64,000 nt of DNA. Source: Gemmatimonas sp. GTDB lineage: Bacteria; Gemmatimonadota; Gemmatimonadetes; Gemmatimonadales; Gemmatimonadaceae. The stretch is from the NCBI GenBank assembly GCA_965279375.1, contig OZ257156.1, positions 3,456,001 through 3,520,000 of the forward strand, written 5' to 3'. Below are positions 59,665-64,000 of this stretch, piece after piece. Within the stretch, counting starts at the first letter, position 1, and every line of letters starts with the position of its first letter. Made by a program: the position numbers and the translations under genes. The notes under the pieces are model-generated. The model saw nothing but the letters and a program-made list of their open reading frames with translations. It searched no databases and was not told the DNA's origin.

Positions 59665-60793
59665 CGCTCCACTTCGTCGCGTCGGCGAGGGCTCCCGGCC
59701 ACGCGTGCTCGTCGTGGACGACAGCGCGTTCATGCGTCGCATCGTCAGTGATGTCGTTGCATCGAGCGGCGAGTTCGAAGTGGTGGGGACGGCGCGCGAC
59801 GGCGTGGATGCGTTGCGACAGGTGACGCGCCTCGATCCAGACATCGTCACGCTCGACGTGGACATGCCCGAGATGGATGGCTTGTCCGTGCTGCGCTGCA
59901 TCATGCAGGAGAATCCGCGCGCCGTCGTCATGCTCAGTGCAGGTGGAGCAGATGGCGGGGCTGATGCGACGCTGCGCGCGCTGGAACTCGGCGCCGTGGA
60001 GTTCGTGCGCAAACCGTCGGGAGCGATCAGTCTGGATCTCGAAGACGTGTCGGAGCAGCTGCTCGACGCACTCCGCGCCGCCGCGTGCATCAACCTCGAT
60101 ATTCTTCCGCGCCCGGTCGATCGCGGTGCTATCGCCGTGGAGTTGCCGCCGCACCAGCAGCACTCAGGACGTCGGGCCACGCAGCTCGTGTGCATCGCGG
60201 CCTCCACGGGTGGCCCTGCGGCACTGGCCAAGGTCATTCCCAAGCTGCCGCGGTTTGCGCAGACGGCGGTTGTGATCGTGCAGCACATGCCCGCCGGATT
60301 CACCGCGAGCTTCGCCGCACGGTTACGCGGCGCCTCGCGCCTGCCGGTGCACGAGGCGCGCAATGGCGATGCGTTGTTTGCGGGGCACGTCTATGTCGCG
60401 CCGGGCGGCTTTCATCTGCGTGTGGGCGGTCCGGCCGGTCTGCCGGCGCTCTTTCTGGACTGCGGCCCGACGGAATGGGGCGTGCGCCCTGCCGCCGATC
60501 CGCTGTTCAAGTCTGCGGTGCCGTACTTCGGCGCGGCGATCATTGGCGTGGTCATGACCGGCATGGGCTGCGACGGCGCGGCTGGCTTGGCCGCCGTGCG
60601 CAACGCTGGCGGTCTGGCGCTCATTCAGCAGCGCGATACGGCCGTGATTCCCGGCATGCCCGATGCCGCGCTGCGCACCGCAGGTGCCGATCGCATTGTC
60701 ACGCTGGACGAAATGGCAGACGCGATCGTCGAGTGCAACGCTCTGCGCGAGTCGAGTGCGAGCGATTCGTCGCTCTTCGAGGTCGCGTCGTGA
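59651..60793 (+). CDS. cheB: Protein-glutamate methylesterase CheB
   Basis: Receiver 'VLVVDDSAFMR..TLDVDMP' and triad 'ASTGGP', 'VQHMP', 'MTGMG.DG'. Confidence 0.94.
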   Translation: MSDSSAPLRRVGEGSRPRVLVVDDSAFMRRIVSDVVASSGEFEVVGTARDGVDALRQVTRLDPDIVTLDVDMPEMDGLSVLRCIMQENPRAVVMLSAGGADGGADATLRALELGAVEFVRKPSGAISLDLEDVSEQLLDALRAAACINLDILPRPVDRGAIAVELPPHQQHSGRRATQLVCIAASTGGPAALAKVIPKLPRFAQTAVVIVQHMPAGFTASFAARLRGASRLPVHEARNGDALFAGHVYVAPGGFHLRVGGPAGLPALFLDCGPTEWGVRPAADPLFKSAVPYFGAAIIGVVMTGMGCDGAAGLAAVRNAGGLALIQQRDTAVIPGMPDAALRTAGADRIVTLDEMADAIVECNALRESSASDSSLFEVAS

Positions 60794-61323
60794 GCACCGG
60801 TCAGTTCCGCTCGACGACCATGTTCGCGCCCCGCGCCCGCGCATCGGTTCCAGCGGTGGATCGCGCGACGTTCGTTGTCTTTGCGATGGCCGATCGGCGC
60901 TTCGCCGTGCCGGTCGAATCGGTGGAGCGGGTGCTGCGGGACTCGGTGGCGGCAGGTCCGGCGACCACTGCTGCGTCGGTGAACTACGGTGGCCAGTCGT
61001 ATGCCGTGGCCGATCTGGCCAGCGCGCTCGGTGTGGAGTTTGCACCCACGGCGGCGTCGCGTGTGCTGGTGCTGTCGGGCGGTGGAGAGCATCGCGCGGT
61101 GATCGTGGATCGGGTGCTGGAAGTCGCCACGATCGATGCCGGTATCGTGGAGGCGGCGGACGCGGTGCACGACGGGATCGCGGCGCTGCCGAACGCGGGC
61201 GTGCGCGGCGTCTTCACACGCAATGGCGCAGCGGTGATTGTTCTCGATGTCTCGCGCCTCCTCGACGAGACGTTGCACACCGCCCACGGCCCCGCCGCTT
61301 TCCGCAAGGAACGTTCGTCATGA
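60790..61323 (+). CDS. Divergent CheW-like protein
   Basis: 'FVVF.MADRRFAVPVESVERV', 'AVIVDRV' and 'VRGV....IVLDV..LL'. Confidence 0.75.
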   Translation: MSTGQFRSTTMFAPRARASVPAVDRATFVVFAMADRRFAVPVESVERVLRDSVAAGPATTAASVNYGGQSYAVADLASALGVEFAPTAASRVLVLSGGGEHRAVIVDRVLEVATIDAGIVEAADAVHDGIAALPNAGVRGVFTRNGAAVIVLDVSRLLDETLHTAHGPAAFRKERSS

Positions 61324-62180
61324 CGAGCAGCCCGCTGTCCGAACTGCAATCGCTGCGCGCACGACAGGCCGCGATCGCGTCGGCCTTGTCGGCCAGCCCC
61401 AGCGCGGAATCGCGAGCACAACTCAAGCAGGACATCATCGCGCTCTTTCGCGAGACCGATGCGGTCTACGCAGCGCTGGGCGAGCTAAAGTCCGACGTGA
61501 AGGCGTTGGCGGAGACGTGGAAGCAATTGGACGGCCGAAGCGCATCCAGTCCGCACGCCGGCGTCTCATCGCGGGTCGATCACTTGGGCGCGTCGACCTT
61601 CGTCGAGAAGGGGTGGTCCAAGCTCTCGCTCGGCGATGCGGCAGGCGCTGAAGTGGCGCTGCGGCGCGCGTTGGAACTGGCGCCGGCGGATGACGAAGCG
61701 GAAACGCTGCTCGGCTGGGCGCAGATGCTCCAGGAGCAGTATGACAGTGCGTTGCTCACGTTCCACAACGTGCTCATGCGCGACCCGCAGAACACGCTTG
61801 CCCGCACGAACGTGGGATTCATCTGTCTGCGCAAGAAGAGCTACGGCGAAGCCATCGAACATCTTTCGCGCGCCATTCGCATCGACAGCGATCGCAAGGC
61901 CACGCTGTACGCTCATCTCTATCTCGGCATGGTCTACCGCGAGCGTGAGATGTACGCCGACGCAGAACTGTTCTTCCGCAAGGCGATCGAGCTCGGACCG
62001 AATCTGATTCAGGCGTGGTACGAATTGGGTCGTGCCCGCTGGTTCGCCGGGGAGCACGCCGGTGCGCGCGATGCGTGGCGTGCCGGTGCGGAGGCCAACA
62101 AGTTCAATCCATGGGGAAAGCGCTGCGCCGAAACGCTGGAGTCGGTCGATCGTGGGGAGGCTCCGCCGCGCGACGCGTAG
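61320..62180 (+). CDS. TPR protein with N-terminal coiled coil
   Basis: Heptad-like N-terminus and TPRs ('ARTNVGFI', 'AHLYLGMVY', 'AWYELGRA'). Confidence 0.85.
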   Translation: MTSSPLSELQSLRARQAAIASALSASPSAESRAQLKQDIIALFRETDAVYAALGELKSDVKALAETWKQLDGRSASSPHAGVSSRVDHLGASTFVEKGWSKLSLGDAAGAEVALRRALELAPADDEAETLLGWAQMLQEQYDSALLTFHNVLMRDPQNTLARTNVGFICLRKKSYGEAIEHLSRAIRIDSDRKATLYAHLYLGMVYREREMYADAELFFRKAIELGPNLIQAWYELGRARWFAGEHAGARDAWRAGAEANKFNPWGKRCAETLESVDRGEAPPRDA

Positions 62181-62194
62181 TTGCCTCGCTCGCG

Positions 62195-63223
62195 ATGGTG
62201 GCGGGCCTGGCTTTCACCGCGATGTCTCAAGAGCCGATCGCCTTGCGCGGCGGCGTCCAGCTGAGTCGTGGCCGCTTTACCGTAGTGGCCGACCAGCGCG
62301 ATGCGCGACTCGCACAGTCGCTGCTCAATTCCGCGCTCGCGCAGGACAGCTTTCCGGGGCTGCCGCGCCCCAAGGCTCAAGTCCTGATCGGCGTCGCGCC
62401 CAACGCGGCGCGCTTTCGCTCCTGGGTGGGACCCAACGCGCCAGAGTGGGGCGCTGCCATCGCGTTCCCTTCGCAGCAGCGCATCGTGATGCAGGGCAGT
62501 GGAGCCGGGAGCGACGCGGGCGATCCACTGGTGGTGCTGCGCCACGAACTGGCGCATCTGGCGCTGCACGAGGCGCTGGGCCCTCTGCCGCCGCGCTGGT
62601 TCGACGAGGGCTACGCCAGTGTGAGTGCGCGTGAGTGGAGCCGAGAGCGCACCATCGAGACGTCGAGCGGGATGGTGTTCAAGTCGCTCCCCAATCTTGA
62701 GGCACTCGAAGAGGGCTTCGCGGGGCACGAAGGCGAGGCGAACTGGAGCTATGCGCTGGCCTATCGCGCCGTGGATGAGCTGGCTGCACTCGATTCCCGC
62801 AACGGCCTGACGAATTTTTTCGCCGAGTGGAAACGCTCAGGGACGTTCGAGCGGGCAGTGCGTAGCGCGTACGGGATGACGGGCGAGCAGTTCGACAAGC
62901 ACTGGCGCACGCAGACTCGGCGCCGGTACGGTGCGCTGGCCGTGCTGACGGATGCGTCCGCGGCCATCGGGTTCTTTGGGCTGCTGCTGGGGCCGCTGTT
63001 CTGGATGCGTTGGCGTCGGGACCGCCGCCGGCTGGAGGCGATGCGGGTGGCGGATCGAGCGCAGGAGCGCGCGGCGCGGGAGAGCGCGCTGGAGGCGATT
63101 TTGGCCGGTGAGACCGGTGACCAACCGGTGGGTTCGACGAGTTCGGTGAGTGAAGGCACGTCGGCGGAGGGACCGTCGGCGGAGGCCGGGTCGGCGCCTT
63201 CGAGCACGCCAATTTCCCACTGA
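62195..63223 (+). CDS. Peptidase MA-like (gluzincin) membrane-anchored protein
   Basis: HEXXH 'HELAH' with downstream 'PRWFDEG' and a C-terminal TM helix followed by an Arg-rich stop-transfer. Start uncertain. Confidence 0.75.
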   Translation: MVAGLAFTAMSQEPIALRGGVQLSRGRFTVVADQRDARLAQSLLNSALAQDSFPGLPRPKAQVLIGVAPNAARFRSWVGPNAPEWGAAIAFPSQQRIVMQGSGAGSDAGDPLVVLRHELAHLALHEALGPLPPRWFDEGYASVSAREWSRERTIETSSGMVFKSLPNLEALEEGFAGHEGEANWSYALAYRAVDELAALDSRNGLTNFFAEWKRSGTFERAVRSAYGMTGEQFDKHWRTQTRRRYGALAVLTDASAAIGFFGLLLGPLFWMRWRRDRRRLEAMRVADRAQERAARESALEAILAGETGDQPVGSTSSVSEGTSAEGPSAEAGSAPSSTPISH

Positions 63224-63272
63224 TCCTGCGCTGCCCTTGTTGGGGTGGGGGCGGGTCGGGTATCCTCCCTCC

Positions 63273-63443
63273 ATGACCTCTTCCGAAAAGAACCGCTCGC
63301 GCGCTTTCCTGTACTGGGGCGCCGCTGCAGCCGCGATGGTTGGCGGCTACGTCGATCTGGCGCGCGGCGGCGAAACCGTTGCGCCCATTTTGCTCGTGGT
63401 GGGGTATGTCGTTCTGGTACCGCTGGCCATCTTGAAGGGATAG
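63273..63443 (+). CDS. 56-aa two-TM small membrane protein
   Basis: MTSSEKNRSRAFLYWGAAAAAMVGGYVDLARGGETVAPILLVVGYVVLVPLAILKG; the 'APILLV.GY' segment resembles DUF3098. Confidence 0.65.
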   Translation: MTSSEKNRSRAFLYWGAAAAAMVGGYVDLARGGETVAPILLVVGYVVLVPLAILKG

Positions 63444-63462
63444 GCTGCGCGGTACCCGGTCC

Positions 63463-63536
63463 GGGCGAATAGCTCAGTTGGTTAGAGCGCCTGTCTTACA
63501 CACAGGATGTCGGGGGTTCGAGTCCCTCTTCGCCCA
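63463..63536 (+). tRNA. tRNA-Val(TAC)
   Basis: GGGCGAA/TTCGCCC acceptor stem, D-arm AGCTCAGTTGGTTAGAGC, anticodon arm CCTGT-CTTACAC-ACAGG and T-loop GGTTCGAGTCC. CCA is not encoded. Confidence 0.97.
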
Positions 63537-63735
63537 TCCGGTCACACTCTCTGGCGGAGAACGTCTTGCGATGATTTCCGGCGGGAAGCAAGTTCTGTCT
63601 TCGTCCTCGAGTTCCCTCGACTCGCGTGGCTTTCGCACGGCCACCGAGTTGTATTCGCCCCCGACAGCACATCGCGCCGCCGCGCTGTGGACTTGTCGGT
63701 CACTACGGCTCCTCTGTGCGGAGGTTACGACATTG

Positions 63736-64000
63736 ATGTCACGGAATTTCCAGGCGCTGTCTGGGATCGGTCTCGCGCTCGGCGGCATCGTGCTGACGCC
63801 AACGCTGGCGTCCGCGCAGTACAACCGCGTGCCGGATCCCAACGCAATTCGCGTCATGGTCTCGGTCTTCAAGGCCGGGGAGAAAGGACTCGGCGTGCAG
63901 GCGGCTGATGCCGTCCGCTCGCACATGACCTCAGAATTTCCGTTCAAGCAGGTGTATGTCCTGCCCAAGCAGGACATCAATGCGACCCTCGAGGCGTCGG
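63736..64000 (+). CDS. Exported protein, 3'-truncated by window edge
   Basis: GGAGG SD and ATG 63736. Reads MSRNFQALSGIGLALGGIVLTPTLASAQYNRVPDP... (signal peptide) and is open to the end of the window. Confidence 0.75.
   Translation, partial: MSRNFQALSGIGLALGGIVLTPTLASAQYNRVPDPNAIRVMVSVFKAGEKGLGVQAADAVRSHMTSEFPFKQVYVLPKQDINATLEAS

Noticed and set aside
63474..63980. 168-aa minus-strand ORF
   Set aside because: It is antisense to tRNA-Val ('RDSNPR' is the typical tRNA shadow translation) and to the real + strand gene at 63736.
63463..64000. Integrative element at tRNA-Val
   Set aside because: No integrase, no duplicated tRNA 3' end and no compositional shift within the window.

Overview
High-GC bacterial chromosome segment. 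Gene content and protein style suggest Gemmatimonadota (inference, not verified). Positions 1-32 kb hold accessory envelope and catabolic genes: two TonB-dependent receptors, an ECF sigma/FecR signalling unit, TonB, a PilT-family ATPase, several hydrolases and peptidases, a two-domain cupredoxin, a GT2 and glnK-amtB. From 32.6 kb to the end every gene is on the + strand: tilS-hpt-ftsH-cdaA-DUF2723-yggS-divIVA-pnp(frameshifted)-ileS-dksA-like-lspA-lspA-rluD, then a tightly coupled ~14.6 kb cluster, then a gluzincin, a small membrane protein, tRNA-Val(TAC) and a truncated secreted protein. The cluster is cheW-cheY-cheA-cheC-TPR-DUF4388-mglA-[tandem DnaA-like AAA+]-DUF4388/TPR-cheD-cheB-cheW-TPR. 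It is the best candidate for an undescribed system: a CheC/CheD-type chemosensory operon with no receptor or CheR in the window. It embeds an MglB-less MglA GTPase, two PatA-N-like (DUF4388) proteins and a protein built from two intact DnaA-type AAA+ modules with no DNA-binding domain IV. Other notable items are an IleRS with the GXHH signature, two unannotated small ORFs and a ~140-nt nested inverted repeat. No CRISPR array, rRNA, transposase or phage genes were recognised. All family calls come from motif recognition by eye; no searches were run.
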